Source: an uncultured Nitrososphaerota archaeon (lineage in GTDB: Archaea > Thermoproteota > Methanomethylicia > Nezhaarchaeales > WYZ-LMO8). From it: DNA of 59,665 bases. The notes beneath the pieces were generated by a model. It made no database searches. It saw only the letters and a list, made by a program, of their open reading frames with translations, and was not told the origin of the DNA. Position numbers and translations under genes: made by a program. The stretch spans positions 1 through 59,665 of the forward strand of contig CAZPGS010000002.1 of NCBI GenBank assembly GCA_964586135.1. The letters run 5' to 3'. This document shows, piece after piece, positions 7,462 to 17,128 of this stretch (position 1 is its first letter; each line of letters opens with the position of its first letter).

Positions 7462-8550
7462 TTGGAGAAGGCCGTAATAGTCGGGGTCTTTAAGAAAAGC
7501 GATGACTTCAGGTTGCACGAAGTTGAGGAACTGGCGAAGAACAGCGGGTACCTCATAGTCGACAAGGTCATCCAGATAAGGAGCAACCCGCACTCAGGCT
7601 ACTTGATAGGACCAGGAAAGCTCCAAGAACTCAAAGGCAGGCTGAAGAAGTACGGAATAAGGACTGTGCTCTTCGCCAACGAGCTGAGGCCCGGACAGTA
7701 CTTTAGGTTACAAAAAGAGCTGGGACTCGACGTGAACATACTGGACAGGGTGTTGTTGATCCTCGACGTCTTCGACAAGAGGGCTTCCACTTCAGAGGCT
7801 AAGCTCCAAATTGAGCTCGCGAGGCTGAAGTACACACTACCTTGGGCGCGGGAGCTTGCGAGGCTGAAGGGCTTCGGTAGTGAGAAGATGGGGTTTGGGT
7901 CCCTCGGAGGCTACCCGTACAAAGTCTACATATCGTTTGCCAAGAAGAGGGTTAAAGCAATAGAAGAGAAGTTGGAGAGGCTGAAGAAGAGGCAAGAAGA
8001 AATAGTAGTTCGACGCAAAGAAGTCGACTTGCCCATAGTCGCCTTGACTGGCTATACGCAAGCTGGTAAGACTACCCTCTTCAACCTCCTGACCAAAGAA
8101 AGTAAGGTGACTGGACTGGGGCCTTTTACGACGCTGGAGACATGCGCTAGGAGAGTCGACGCCTACGGCAAGAGCTTCATAATCGTGGACTCTCTCGGCT
8201 TTATCGATGAAATGCCCCAGCTAGTGCTGAATGCCTTTCACGCTACGCTGGTAGAGCTGAAGTTGGCCGACGTAATAACGTTGCTCGTAGACGCCTCAGA
8301 AACGCCTTCGAGCATGGAGAGGAAGCTTAAGACTTCCCTTTCAATTATATCCGAGGTGGCGGGCGACGACAAGCATCTAATCGTAGCTGTCAACAAAATA
8401 GACCTGGTAGGTGATTCCAGACTTGAGAACTCCATTAAGCTCGTAAAAAGGTTGGCTATTCACTGCGATATCGTGCCCGTAAGCGCTAAGAAATCGGTTA
8501 ACGTAAGCTTTCTCTTAAAGAAAATTGTTGAGAAGTTGGAGAAAAGCTAA
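7462..8550 (+). CDS. hflX: GTPase HflX
   Basis: TTG start. It has an HflX N-terminal domain (LFANELRPGQYFRLQKELG, LILDVFDKRASTSEAKLQIELARL) and a G-domain P-loop (GYTQAGKTTLFNLLT) plus NKIDL. Confidence 0.9.
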   Translation: MEKAVIVGVFKKSDDFRLHEVEELAKNSGYLIVDKVIQIRSNPHSGYLIGPGKLQELKGRLKKYGIRTVLFANELRPGQYFRLQKELGLDVNILDRVLLILDVFDKRASTSEAKLQIELARLKYTLPWARELARLKGFGSEKMGFGSLGGYPYKVYISFAKKRVKAIEEKLERLKKRQEEIVVRRKEVDLPIVALTGYTQAGKTTLFNLLTKESKVTGLGPFTTLETCARRVDAYGKSFIIVDSLGFIDEMPQLVLNAFHATLVELKLADVITLLVDASETPSSMERKLKTSLSIISEVAGDDKHLIVAVNKIDLVGDSRLENSIKLVKRLAIHCDIVPVSAKKSVNVSFLLKKIVEKLEKS

Positions 8551-9026
8551 GAATGAGAAGTCTTTTTGCTTGCGCGCTCCTTTATTACGGCTACATCACC
8601 TAAAGTAAGTTGAAATTCATGTGGCTTGGGTGACTCTTGCTCTTGACGGACCTCTTCGTAGAGCTTTATCTTCAACAACTTCTCAAGCTTCTTAGCTAGC
8701 TCCAAAGTAGGGGCCATGCGCCCGCTCTCAAGCCTTCGCACTATTGACTCCTTTTCGCCTATCAGCTTTGCTACATCAGCTTGTGTGAGGCCCATGCTCT
8801 CTCGAGCTTGTCGAATGAGCACGTTGTAGTTACTCACAAGCACGGCGCTCTCAAAGCCCATGCCCGACTCCTTGCGCTTCACGATTCGCTGAGGGCGGGC
8901 CACAGCCCTCGGCTTTACCACTGAACCGTAACGAGAGCACTGAGGGCACACGACAAGCCGAGAGCCCTCGATCCAAACTCTAATAGGCTTGCCAACAATG
9001 GGTCTACCGCAGAGCTCGCACGACAT
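8547..9026 (-). CDS. mbf1: multiprotein bridging factor 1 (aMBF1): zinc ribbon plus HTH
   Basis: N-terminal CELCG...CPQC zinc ribbon and a C-terminal Xre-type HTH (IRQARESMGLTQADVAKLIGEKESIVRRLESG). Confidence 0.85.
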   Translation of the reverse strand: MSCELCGRPIVGKPIRVWIEGSRLVVCPQCSRYGSVVKPRAVARPQRIVKRKESGMGFESAVLVSNYNVLIRQARESMGLTQADVAKLIGEKESIVRRLESGRMAPTLELAKKLEKLLKIKLYEEVRQEQESPKPHEFQLTLGDVAVIKERASKKTSHS

Positions 9027-9091
9027 GGCTTAGACCTCGCTTATGCGGTTACTAGGTAGGTATTAATTCGTGAATTTGAGCTAAATGTGTT

Positions 9092-9616
9092 GTGGCCCCG
9101 TTGAGCGAGAGGTTCCTAGTCGAGCTAGTGAAGATGCGCGCCGACTATCAGTTTGGGCCAGGGGCCGGAGAAGGGCTGGTTTCAAGGGGAATAAGAGTGG
9201 AGGTCTCAAAAAGGACAGGAAAACCGCGATACGTCTACGACTCTGATGGTAGGCTCTTGGCAACAATTAGATGGAGCGACGGGTTCTTAGCTTTGACGCT
9301 TGAAGGGGCTCGCTTACTAAAACAGCACTTAAAGCCGCCAAGGCTTAGAGTAGTGATCAAAAACGACGTCAGAGACTTCGTAAAAGAAGGGAGGAGTGTT
9401 TTCGCAAAGCATGTCATCAAAGTAGATCCTGAAATCCGATGCGGTGATGAGGTCATAGTGGTAGACGAAGAAGACAACTTACTCGCTGTCGGTCGCGCAG
9501 TGCTGTCAAGTTATGAAATGCTAGCATTTAATTCAGGCGTAGCAGTAAAAGTGAGGAGAGGTGTGGGGAGTGAAGATAAGCCCGAGAGAGCTACAGAAGA
9601 TGCTACAAACAGTTAG
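9092..9616 (+). CDS. PUA domain-containing RNA-binding protein
   Basis: 174 aa. The C-terminal half (VIKNDVRDFVKEGRSVFAKHVIKVDPEIRCGDEVIVVDEEDNLLAVGRAVLS...GVAVKVRRG) has the PUA-domain pattern. The exact family is not resolved. Confidence 0.65.
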   Translation: MAPLSERFLVELVKMRADYQFGPGAGEGLVSRGIRVEVSKRTGKPRYVYDSDGRLLATIRWSDGFLALTLEGARLLKQHLKPPRLRVVIKNDVRDFVKEGRSVFAKHVIKVDPEIRCGDEVIVVDEEDNLLAVGRAVLSSYEMLAFNSGVAVKVRRGVGSEDKPERATEDATNS

Positions 9617-9920
9617 GAGAACGGGGCTTTCCATAGAGCAAGTCGAAGGCGTTGAGAGTGTGATCATCAAATTTCGGGACAAGGAGTTGGTAGTCAAAAA
9701 TCCTCACGTCACTAGCCTGAAGGTTGGGGGACAAATAGTCTTTCAAGTAACCGGCGAAATCGAAGAAAGGGCCCTTGTAGTAGAAGAGGTAAGCATATCA
9801 GAAGAGGACGTCCAATTAGTTGCATCTCAAGCGGGTGTGAGTCTCGAGGAGGCCAGGAAGGCGCTAAAAGCTACCAAGGGTGACCTCGCGAGGGCGATAA
9901 TGTACTTGAAAAGTGCGTGA
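9570..9920 (+). CDS. nac: nascent polypeptide-associated complex protein (NAC alpha, with UBA)
   Basis: ISPRELQKMLQ...IEQVEGVESVIIKF.DKELVV.NPHV matches the NAC domain. The C-terminal ISEEDVQLVASQAGVSLEEARKALKATKGDLARAIMYL is a UBA domain. The start is ambiguous (GTG 9561/9570 or ATG 9600). Confidence 0.85.
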   Translation: MKISPRELQKMLQTVRRTGLSIEQVEGVESVIIKFRDKELVVKNPHVTSLKVGGQIVFQVTGEIEERALVVEEVSISEEDVQLVASQAGVSLEEARKALKATKGDLARAIMYLKSA

Positions 9921-9924
9921 AGAC

Positions 9925-10557
9925 TCACTTCCTTACCCGCTTCTTCTTCAACAACCTCAGCCTGAATATGTCTTCGCGGGCTCGCTCATCTAGATATAAT
10001 TCTATGGTCTTTATGTTCCTCTCTATCGTCGGTATCACCACGTTCTCAAGGGCGTTAACCCGCCTCTTGGCCTTTTCGACCTCTTCTGCGATCCTCCTAG
10101 CGACAGCTTGAATCTCAGCAAGCCTTACCACTGAGGCGAACACGTCTTTAAACGCTTTCACAGCTTCGTCCAAGAAGGCCGTCGTGCCCAGCAGATTGTA
10201 CGACGGGATGCCAGCCTCAGCCAGCTGTACGACCTTGAACACTGGAGTTGTGACGCCCATTATGTTCCTGGTCTTGACCTCTATAGCTACTTGAGGCCTC
10301 AGAGAGGCCACCACCTCGTTAAGCTTATAGGCTCCCATGTGAGCTCTGGCTAGGGCTAACTGACTTAGTGCCTTCTCGAGCTTTTCTCTCACCTCGAGCA
10401 TTAAGTTTTGGTACTCTTTAGCTAAGGAGAGTAACTCCATTACCAAGGCATCGCGCTTCTCCTTGAGCAGGGCTAGACCTCTCTCCGCAAGCCTCTTCCT
10501 GCGGCGTAAGCTTATTAGCTCCATCCTCGTTGGCTTTAGCTCCATTCTTGTGCTCAA
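9925..10557 (-). CDS. atpD: A/V-type ATP synthase subunit D
   Basis: 210 aa. KPTRMELISLRRRKRLAERGLALLKEKRDALVMEL is the typical subunit D N-terminus, with coiled-coil sequence throughout. The gene stands alone, with no neighbouring atpA/B. Confidence 0.85.
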   Translation of the reverse strand: MSTRMELKPTRMELISLRRRKRLAERGLALLKEKRDALVMELLSLAKEYQNLMLEVREKLEKALSQLALARAHMGAYKLNEVVASLRPQVAIEVKTRNIMGVTTPVFKVVQLAEAGIPSYNLLGTTAFLDEAVKAFKDVFASVVRLAEIQAVARRIAEEVEKAKRRVNALENVVIPTIERNIKTIELYLDERAREDIFRLRLLKKKRVRK

Positions 10558-10637
10558 CTATCTACACACCATCCTTTTAATCGCGTGAGAAGATTATTTA
10601 AAGTTTAAAGCGCAAGTAGAGATTGTTGGTGTTCTAA

Positions 10638-11720
10638 GTGAGAGCCTCGCTGTGTATAATATACGACGACATCTTCATGAAGCACAATCCCGACCCATAC
10701 CATCCCGAGAGCCCTCGAAGGCTCGCGGAGATAATCAAAGAGCTCAACGGAAGAGGGGTTCTCGCCAAAGTTAAAGTGGAGAGGGCTGTTAAGGCCTCGC
10801 TAAGTGACGTGGTGAGGGTCCATGATGAGGACTACGTCAAGTACGTAGAGAGGGCCATTGCAAGCGGCGCGAGATACGTAGATCCCGACACTCAAGTGTC
10901 AAAGGAGAGCTTCGAGGTGGCCCTTTACGCTGCGGGCTCCAGCATATACGGTTGCGAAAAGGTCTTGAACGATGACTTCGATGTCTGCTTCGTGTTAGAG
11001 AGACCTCCAGGGCATCACGCGGGTAAGGCTGGTGCTGCCTTGGGGGCCCCAACACTAGGCTTCTGCCTCTTCAACAACGTCGCCATAGCAACGAAGCATT
11101 TGATCGAAGAGCGCGGACTGAAAAGGATAGCCATATTCGACTTCGACTGCCATCACGGTAACGGCACGCAAGAAATATTCTATCGAGACGGGTCGGTCCT
11201 TTACATAAGCACTCACCAAGATGGTAGGACGGCTTACCCAGGCACGGGATTTGTTGACGAAGTGGGAGAGGGGGAGGGAAGAGGCTACAACGTCAACGTC
11301 CCACTTCCACCCCTTACAGGCGATGACGTCTACGAAGAGGTCTTAGAGAAAGTTGTGGGTAGACTGCTAAAAGAATACAGGCCAGAAGTCTTGTTGTTGT
11401 CAGCAGGGTTCGACGCGCATAAAGACGATCCGTTGACGTCCATGGGCCTCTCGCTGAACTCGTACGTCAAGATAGCCGAGCTCGTCAAGGGGCTCATGAA
11501 CGAAGGGATCACGAAAAAAGCCGTCTTCGTACTCGAAGGGGGCTACGGCCCAGGGCTTGCATGGGGGGTTTACGACATAATAGCATACTTCATTGGTATG
11601 CCGTTGATAGAGGAGGGCAAGACGACCTCTTCTGAAAGAGTGAAGAGGGAAGGCTTAAAAGTGGTGAGCGAGGTCTACGAGAAGGTTTTGAGGCCCTACT
11701 GGGGGATTGAGGCTTGTTAA
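10638..11720 (+). CDS. histone deacetylase-family protein (AcuC/acetylpolyamine amidohydrolase-like)
   Basis: GTG start. HPESPRRL, ERPPGHHAG, FDFDCHHGNGTQ and LEGGY motifs of the class I/II HDAC superfamily. Confidence 0.85.
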   Translation: MRASLCIIYDDIFMKHNPDPYHPESPRRLAEIIKELNGRGVLAKVKVERAVKASLSDVVRVHDEDYVKYVERAIASGARYVDPDTQVSKESFEVALYAAGSSIYGCEKVLNDDFDVCFVLERPPGHHAGKAGAALGAPTLGFCLFNNVAIATKHLIEERGLKRIAIFDFDCHHGNGTQEIFYRDGSVLYISTHQDGRTAYPGTGFVDEVGEGEGRGYNVNVPLPPLTGDDVYEEVLEKVVGRLLKEYRPEVLLLSAGFDAHKDDPLTSMGLSLNSYVKIAELVKGLMNEGITKKAVFVLEGGYGPGLAWGVYDIIAYFIGMPLIEEGKTTSSERVKREGLKVVSEVYEKVLRPYWGIEAC

Positions 11721-12729
11721 CGGTGGTCGTCGGAGGCTTCTTTGGAGACGAGGGAAAGGCCTCGGCCCCCTAGAAGGGAAGATATGCGCCTATCTCTCAT
11801 TAAAAGATGACGTAAAGGTCGCCGTTAGGACTGGCTCGGTAAACGCCGGCCACACGGTGGTCTACAACAATAAGGAGTACAAACTAAGAATCGTGCCCTG
11901 TGGGTTCGTAAACCCACGTGCTACGCTGTGTATAGCCGCAGGGGCCAACGTGAGGATCGACGTCTTGATGAAGGAGCTGGAGCTCACGAACACCAAGGGC
12001 CGGTTGAAAATAGATCCTCAAGCATCCATAATCGAAGACGAGCACGTAAAGAGGGAGAGGGAAGATCAGTTCCTCATCTCCAAGATAGGCTCGACGGGGC
12101 AGGGGGTCGGGGCAGCAGTAGTCGACAGGGTCAGGAGAGTGGCTAGGCTCGCTCGCGATGTGAAGGAGCTAAGCGAGTACTTGGACGACGTGTCCATGAT
12201 CGTCTGGAGGGCATTGCAACAAGGCCAAAACGTGCTACTCGAGGGCACGCAGGGATACTACCTGTCCCTATACCACGGAACATATCCCTATGTCACGAGC
12301 CGGGACACGACGGCCTCAGCCGTCTGTAGCGAGGTGGGCATAGGCCCCAAAATAGTTGACGAGGTCGTTGTAGTCTTCAAGACTTACGTAACAAGAGTTG
12401 GAGGGGGGCCTCTACCAGGCGAGCTCCCGGAGGAGGAGGCAGAGAAGCTGGGGCTGGTTGAGGTAGCAACGGTGACTGGGAGGAGGAGAAGGGCCGCTCC
12501 CTTCAACTTTGAGCTGGCGAAGAGGGCCGTCATAGCCAACAGCGCAACTCAAGTAGCTCTGACGAGAATTGACGTGCTGTTTCCATCAGCTTCAAGGGTC
12601 AGGAAGTACGATGAGTTGCCGCGTGAGGCGAAGGAATTCGTTGGAAAAGTAGAAGATGAGCTAAAGGTCCCCGTGACCATACTCAGCACAGGCCCTGACG
12701 TCTTTGACACCATAGACCTGAGAGACTAA
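11714..12729 (+). CDS. purA: adenylosuccinate synthetase, interrupted by a predicted 17-nt micro-intron
   Basis: Exons 11714..11756 and 11774..12729 (999 nt). Exon 1 (TTG 11714 or GTG 11723) encodes (M)LTVVVGGFFGDEGK and exon 2 continues GKICAYLS...SVNAGHTV...TGQGVGAAVVDR...GTQG. The spliced junction restores the PurA P-loop GDEGKGK. The longest-ORF start (TTG 11707) yields an out-of-frame N-terminus, MRLVNGGRRRLLWRRGKGLGPLE. Confidence 0.9.
11757..11773 (+). other. predicted BHB micro-intron of purA (17 nt)
   Basis: RNA sequence is A-GGCC-UC-GGCC-CCCU-AG. A GC hairpin is flanked by the 4-bp helix AGGG(exon, 11751..11754)/CCCU(intron, 11768..11771) and the 3-nt bulges AAA and AGA. Cutting after the second nt of each bulge gives GAG GGA AAA GGG AAG (EGKGK). 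The insert contains an in-frame TAG. Confidence 0.7.
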
Positions 12730-14543
12730 GTTACGGTAACGGATTTAGCGAGGTTTCTGGGCTTGTCAGGGTCGCAACCTCGAGCTAAAGCGGCGTAGTA
12801 AGCCAAGAGCTGAAGTGGTATTACGTGGAGCACGGGCGTCAATTGCTTAGGTTCTATTTCTGGGAGGACAAAGGTTCTGTCTGATATCTCCCTGACATCT
12901 TTATCGCCCTCTTCTACGCACGAAACGACGAAAGCACCTCTGGCCTTCATCTCCATTATGTTGCCTATGATCTTGTCGTAGGTCTCATCGCGAGGGCATA
13001 TGAAGATACAAGGATAGCCCTCTTCCACAAGGGCTATGGGCCCATGCTTTGACTCTCCAGCAGGGTAACCCTCGGCATGAATGTAGCTTATCTCTTTCAG
13101 CTTCAAGGCCCCCTCGAGGGCCGTAACTACGTTTATGCCTCTGGCTAGAAAGAATGCATTATTCCTCAAAGCCAAGTCAGCCGCTACGTCTTTAGCCCTT
13201 GGTTCATTGGCTGATGTTGCTTTTTCGATGAGGGTTGCTGAAGATTTCAAGAACTTCTCGGCCACTGAGGCTAAGTCGTAGTTCACTCCCCTAATTCGGG
13301 CCGTCTCTATGCCAATCCTCGTAAGCATTAAGAGCTGCGCTATGAAGGTCTTGGTCGCCGCGACGCCCATTTCCGGACCCGCGTAAAGCCCTACATATAG
13401 TGAGACTAGTCTAGTTATCGACGAACCCATGACATTGGTCAAGGCCAATAATTTGACGTCTTTGTCTCGAAGAGCCCTCAAGACTTGCAAAACATCAGCG
13501 GTTTCCCCGGACTGTGATATCGCCAAAACAGTTGTGTTGGGCGTTATCCTCGTACAGCTGTCGCGAAATTCAGATGCCACGACGGGGTAGGCATCGATGT
13601 CGGCCATCAAGCGCAAAAGGTGCGAGCCGAAGATGCACGCATGGTATGAGGTTCCACAGCCAATGAGGTAGACCCTATCGGACTTGACGAGCTCACTCGC
13701 CAGTCTGAGAATGAAGGCACGCGGCGCGCTCATGACGTTGAGCGCCACTTGGGGTTGTTCGTGTATCTCTTTGACCATGTAGTGCGCGAAGCCTCCTCTA
13801 TCCGCTAGACCGCCTATGCTTTCCTTGTTCAAGGGTTTAAACGGCAGTGGTTGGCCCGATGCCAGGTCCTTAATCGTCACTGCTTGGGGCGTCAAGACCG
13901 CCAGCTCGCCATCGTTCATGATGACGACGTCCTCCACCTCTGGAGGGAGGGCTGGGACGTCGGATGAGCAACACATGAAGTCTCGCGAGATGCCTATGAC
14001 GAGAGGACTCTCCATCCTGACGCAGATTATAGCGTCATCGTGAAACACTGAAATGAGCGCAAAGGCGAAAGACCCTCTCAACAAGAGGGCCGTGTGCCGA
14101 ACGGCCTCTTCTATCGTCAAACCCTCGTTGAGGAACTCTTCAACTAAATGGGCTATGACCTCGCTGTCTGTTCTAGAGCGTAGCTTATGGCCCGCTAAGG
14201 CCAACTTGTCGCGCAATTCTAAATAATTTTCAATGATGCCGTTGTGGACTACGGCTATCTTGCCCTCGCAATCTGTCAGAGGGTGGGCGTTCTCCTTCGA
14301 GGGGGCCCCGTGAGTTGCCCATCGAGTGTGCCCTATCCCACACCTTCCAGGCAATTTACTCATCTCTAGCTTCCTCTCAACTTCCTCTATCTTCCCTTGA
14401 TCCTTTTTCATGAAAACGAGTTTGTTGTAGAGTGTAGCTAGGCCTACAGAGTCGTAGCCCCTGTACTCCAGCTTCTTAAGAGAATCGTAAATTATTCTCG
14501 AAACGTCCCCTCGGAGCGACGTACACCCAAATATTCCGCACAA
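12726..14543 (-). CDS. glmS: glutamine--fructose-6-phosphate aminotransferase (isomerizing)
   Basis: 605 aa with the N-terminal nucleophile MCGIFG, two SIS domains, and a C-terminal PRNLAKSVTV. Confidence 0.95.
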   Translation of the reverse strand: MCGIFGCTSLRGDVSRIIYDSLKKLEYRGYDSVGLATLYNKLVFMKKDQGKIEEVERKLEMSKLPGRCGIGHTRWATHGAPSKENAHPLTDCEGKIAVVHNGIIENYLELRDKLALAGHKLRSRTDSEVIAHLVEEFLNEGLTIEEAVRHTALLLRGSFAFALISVFHDDAIICVRMESPLVIGISRDFMCCSSDVPALPPEVEDVVIMNDGELAVLTPQAVTIKDLASGQPLPFKPLNKESIGGLADRGGFAHYMVKEIHEQPQVALNVMSAPRAFILRLASELVKSDRVYLIGCGTSYHACIFGSHLLRLMADIDAYPVVASEFRDSCTRITPNTTVLAISQSGETADVLQVLRALRDKDVKLLALTNVMGSSITRLVSLYVGLYAGPEMGVAATKTFIAQLLMLTRIGIETARIRGVNYDLASVAEKFLKSSATLIEKATSANEPRAKDVAADLALRNNAFFLARGINVVTALEGALKLKEISYIHAEGYPAGESKHGPIALVEEGYPCIFICPRDETYDKIIGNIMEMKARGAFVVSCVEEGDKDVREISDRTFVLPEIEPKQLTPVLHVIPLQLLAYYAALARGCDPDKPRNLAKSVTVT

Positions 14544-14633
14544 CGAAGACCACCGCTCCTCTTTACATCTAATATTACTACTAACATGTGGCAGATAGCT
14601 TTAACTAACCAGTGCTGAAAATAGGTCTGGGAA

Positions 14634-14885
14634 ATGAGGAAGGACTCGACGTACGTCATTGAGATTAAGAGGGCAATAAGAGACTTCATTAATAACTTAG
14701 ATGCCATGGGTTGCAGCGGCGAGCTTAATTCTGATGGCGTCAAGGCCATAGCTAGGATATTGAAGTTGCTCAATAGGTCGGGTATGAGAAGCGAGGCTAA
14801 GATGTTGGAGAGGCGGTTGAAGAGGAGAGACGACGTCGGGGTCATAATGGGCCTGCTTCTACAATTAGAGGAGAAGCTAAGTTGA
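14634..14885 (+). CDS. hypothetical small protein
   Basis: 83-aa ORF that overlaps the downstream CYTH gene start by 4 nt (operon-like). No recognisable motif. Confidence 0.4.
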   Translation: MRKDSTYVIEIKRAIRDFINNLDAMGCSGELNSDGVKAIARILKLLNRSGMRSEAKMLERRLKRRDDVGVIMGLLLQLEEKLS

Positions 14886-15433
14886 TAGAAGTAGAGGCGA
14901 AAGTGGCCATAAGTGAGGAGGAGAAAGCAAGGATTATAGAGAAGTTAAGGAAGTTGTGTCCTCCTGAGAGGACTCGTGAAAGCAAGGAGGAGGACATCTT
15001 CTTCGTAAGCTCTCACGACTCCTCGTTTGGCACGGATAAGACGCTCAAACTTAGGAGGAGCGATGATGGAGCCAAGCTGATTTTCAAGAGCAGAAAGAGC
15101 GTAGAGGGGTTAAAGGAGAATCTAGAGGTAGAAGTGGGGATAAAGAGGGGAGACGAAGACGACCTCCTGCATCTTCTGAGGTTGCTTGGCTTTAGAGAAA
15201 GCATAGTAGTTAAGAAGAGGAGGTTAAGCTTCTGCGTCGATGAATGTACAGTAAACATAGATGACGTGGAGGGCTTAGGGTCATTCCTTGAAGTAGAAGT
15301 GTTGGCCGACGAATATTGTGTAGACAAGGCTTACAATAAGATAGCGAGTTTGCTGTCGGTCCTAGGGCTCTCGCACAAGAAGCTCATATTCAAGGGCTAC
15401 GCGGAGATGATCGCCGCTCAGGTGGCATCATAG
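14882..15433 (+). CDS. CYTH-domain protein (class IV adenylate cyclase / triphosphatase family)
   Basis: 183 aa. An N-terminal IEVEAKV (ExExK) signature, alternating charged beta strands (LEVEV, FLEVEV) and a size typical of CyaB/ThTPase CYTH proteins. Confidence 0.75.
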   Translation: MIEVEAKVAISEEEKARIIEKLRKLCPPERTRESKEEDIFFVSSHDSSFGTDKTLKLRRSDDGAKLIFKSRKSVEGLKENLEVEVGIKRGDEDDLLHLLRLLGFRESIVVKKRRLSFCVDECTVNIDDVEGLGSFLEVEVLADEYCVDKAYNKIASLLSVLGLSHKKLIFKGYAEMIAAQVAS

Positions 15434-16734
15434 CGAACTTTCGCAGAACCCCTTTGGCCCAAGAACTTTGAAAGTATGAGGTATACGCAATACTCGCCGC
15501 ATACCGAGCAAGCCCTGCTCCTCGAAGGCACTCTTGTATGAATTTTCATGGCGGTTTCCGGGTCAATGGCAAGCTTAAATTGCGCCCCCCAGTCCAGAGA
15601 TGCCCTCGCCTTGGAAATCTCTAAATCCCACTTGAGGGCCTTCTCGCCCAGCCTGACTATGTCTCCGGCATGTGCGGCTATTCTGCTAGCTATTACGCCA
15701 TGTTTTATGTCCTCTGGCAACGGTAGGCCTAAGTGTTCGGAGGGATATACTGCGCACAAGTAGTCGACGCCAGCCGCCACTGCCAACGCCCCTCCTATCG
15801 CTAAAGTTATGTGGTCGTAACCAGGGGCCACGTCGGTCACTAGGGGCCCTAAAGTGTAAAGGGGGGCGTGTCTCGTCAGTATTTTAGCTTGCTTTATGTG
15901 ATGCTCTATTTGATTTAGAGGCATGTGGCCTGGTCCTTCGACTATCACTTGAACGCCTCTCTCCCTGGTCTTCTTGACAAGCTTACTCACTGTAAGGAGC
16001 TCTGTCATCTGCGCCACGTCGTTGGCATCGGCTTGGCAACCGGGCCTCAAGCCGTCTCCTAAGCTTATCGCAAAGTCGTACTCTCTCGCTAGCTCGAGTA
16101 TCAAGTCGTAGTTCTCGAGCAGGGGGTTTTCCTTTTCGTTATGTATGATCCACGCGGCTATTATAGCTCCTCCTCTGCTCACTATGCCTGCTACTCTCGG
16201 ATGCCTCCTAAGGTAGTTAATGGAGTCTCTCGTCACGCCAGCGTGAATGGTCATGAAGTCCACGCCATCTTTTGCGTGCAGCTCTATGGCCTTCATAATG
16301 TCGTCTACGGTCATGTGGACTATCGAGTTGTACTTCTTCAAAGCCATGTGGGCCGCTTCGTATATCGGGACCGTGCCCACGGGCGTTGTCACCTCCCTCA
16401 TTATTGCCCTGCGTATCTCGTCCATCTGATCTGATGTTGAAAGGTCCATCACCGTGTCTGCCCCATACTTGACGGCCAACCTAGCCTTCTCGACCTCCAT
16501 GTTAACGTCTGAGAGGTCCATGGAAGAGCCGACGTTAGCGTTGACCTTTGCCCTTAGTCCTTCGCCTATCCCTATTGGATCCACGTTCTTCCTCGCGACG
16601 TTCCTCGGCACTACTATTCTGCCGCTGGCCACCCCTCTAATTACGAAAGATACTTCTACGTCCTCCTTTAAAGCAACTATCTTGAACTCCTCTAAGACCA
16701 CTCCTCGCTTGGCGGCTTCAACAGTCGTCGTCAA
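15418..16734 (-). CDS. thiC: phosphomethylpyrimidine synthase ThiC
   Basis: 438 aa. VIVEGPGHMPL, LYTLGPLVTDVAPGYDHIT and the C-terminal CSVCGEYC cluster motif. Confidence 0.95.
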   Translation of the reverse strand: MTTTVEAAKRGVVLEEFKIVALKEDVEVSFVIRGVASGRIVVPRNVARKNVDPIGIGEGLRAKVNANVGSSMDLSDVNMEVEKARLAVKYGADTVMDLSTSDQMDEIRRAIMREVTTPVGTVPIYEAAHMALKKYNSIVHMTVDDIMKAIELHAKDGVDFMTIHAGVTRDSINYLRRHPRVAGIVSRGGAIIAAWIIHNEKENPLLENYDLILELAREYDFAISLGDGLRPGCQADANDVAQMTELLTVSKLVKKTRERGVQVIVEGPGHMPLNQIEHHIKQAKILTRHAPLYTLGPLVTDVAPGYDHITLAIGGALAVAAGVDYLCAVYPSEHLGLPLPEDIKHGVIASRIAAHAGDIVRLGEKALKWDLEISKARASLDWGAQFKLAIDPETAMKIHTRVPSRSRACSVCGEYCVYLILSKFLGQRGSAKVRYDAT

Positions 16735-16857
16735 CTAAAACGTCACCACACTAAGAAGCGGCTTTTACGGCTAAAACCTTTCTCACAACGGGCTAACAGC
16801 AATAAATTTTTAGCAAACGTTGCGAACGATAAAATTACAATGGAGAAGTGAGATTAC

Positions 16858-17097
16858 ATGGTCAGAAGTGATCCCTTGAAGTTGTTGATAAAAGCAGTTA
16901 ACAGCGAAGTCATAGTGAGGCTCAAAGACGGACGGAGCTGTCGCGGAATACTTGAAAAGTGCGATCAATGCATGAATTTACTCTTAAACGACGCCGAGGA
17001 GATAGACGAGGACGAGGGGCCCATAGCCAAGTATGGCAAGGTACTCATCAGAGGTAGCAACATTTTGTTCGTAAAGTTGATTAAAAGAGTGACGTAG
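16858..17097 (+). CDS. Sm-like (LSm) archaeal protein
   Basis: 79 aa. The Sm1/Sm2 pattern is present: VIVRLKDGRSCRGILEKCDQCMNLLLNDAEE...GKVLIRGSNILFV. Confidence 0.85.
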   Translation: MVRSDPLKLLIKAVNSEVIVRLKDGRSCRGILEKCDQCMNLLLNDAEEIDEDEGPIAKYGKVLIRGSNILFVKLIKRVT

Positions 17098-17128
17098 AGA
17101 GGCTGTAGACAAAAGCAACGAAGGATGA

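Noticed and set aside
11707-11775. TTG 11707 as the purA start (N-terminus MRLVNGGRRRLLWRRGKGLGPLEG)
   Set aside because: This peptide is the out-of-frame reading of the P-loop codons plus the 17-nt insert. The conserved VVVGGFFGDEGK motif lies in the neighbouring frame and joins perfectly after removal of the insert.
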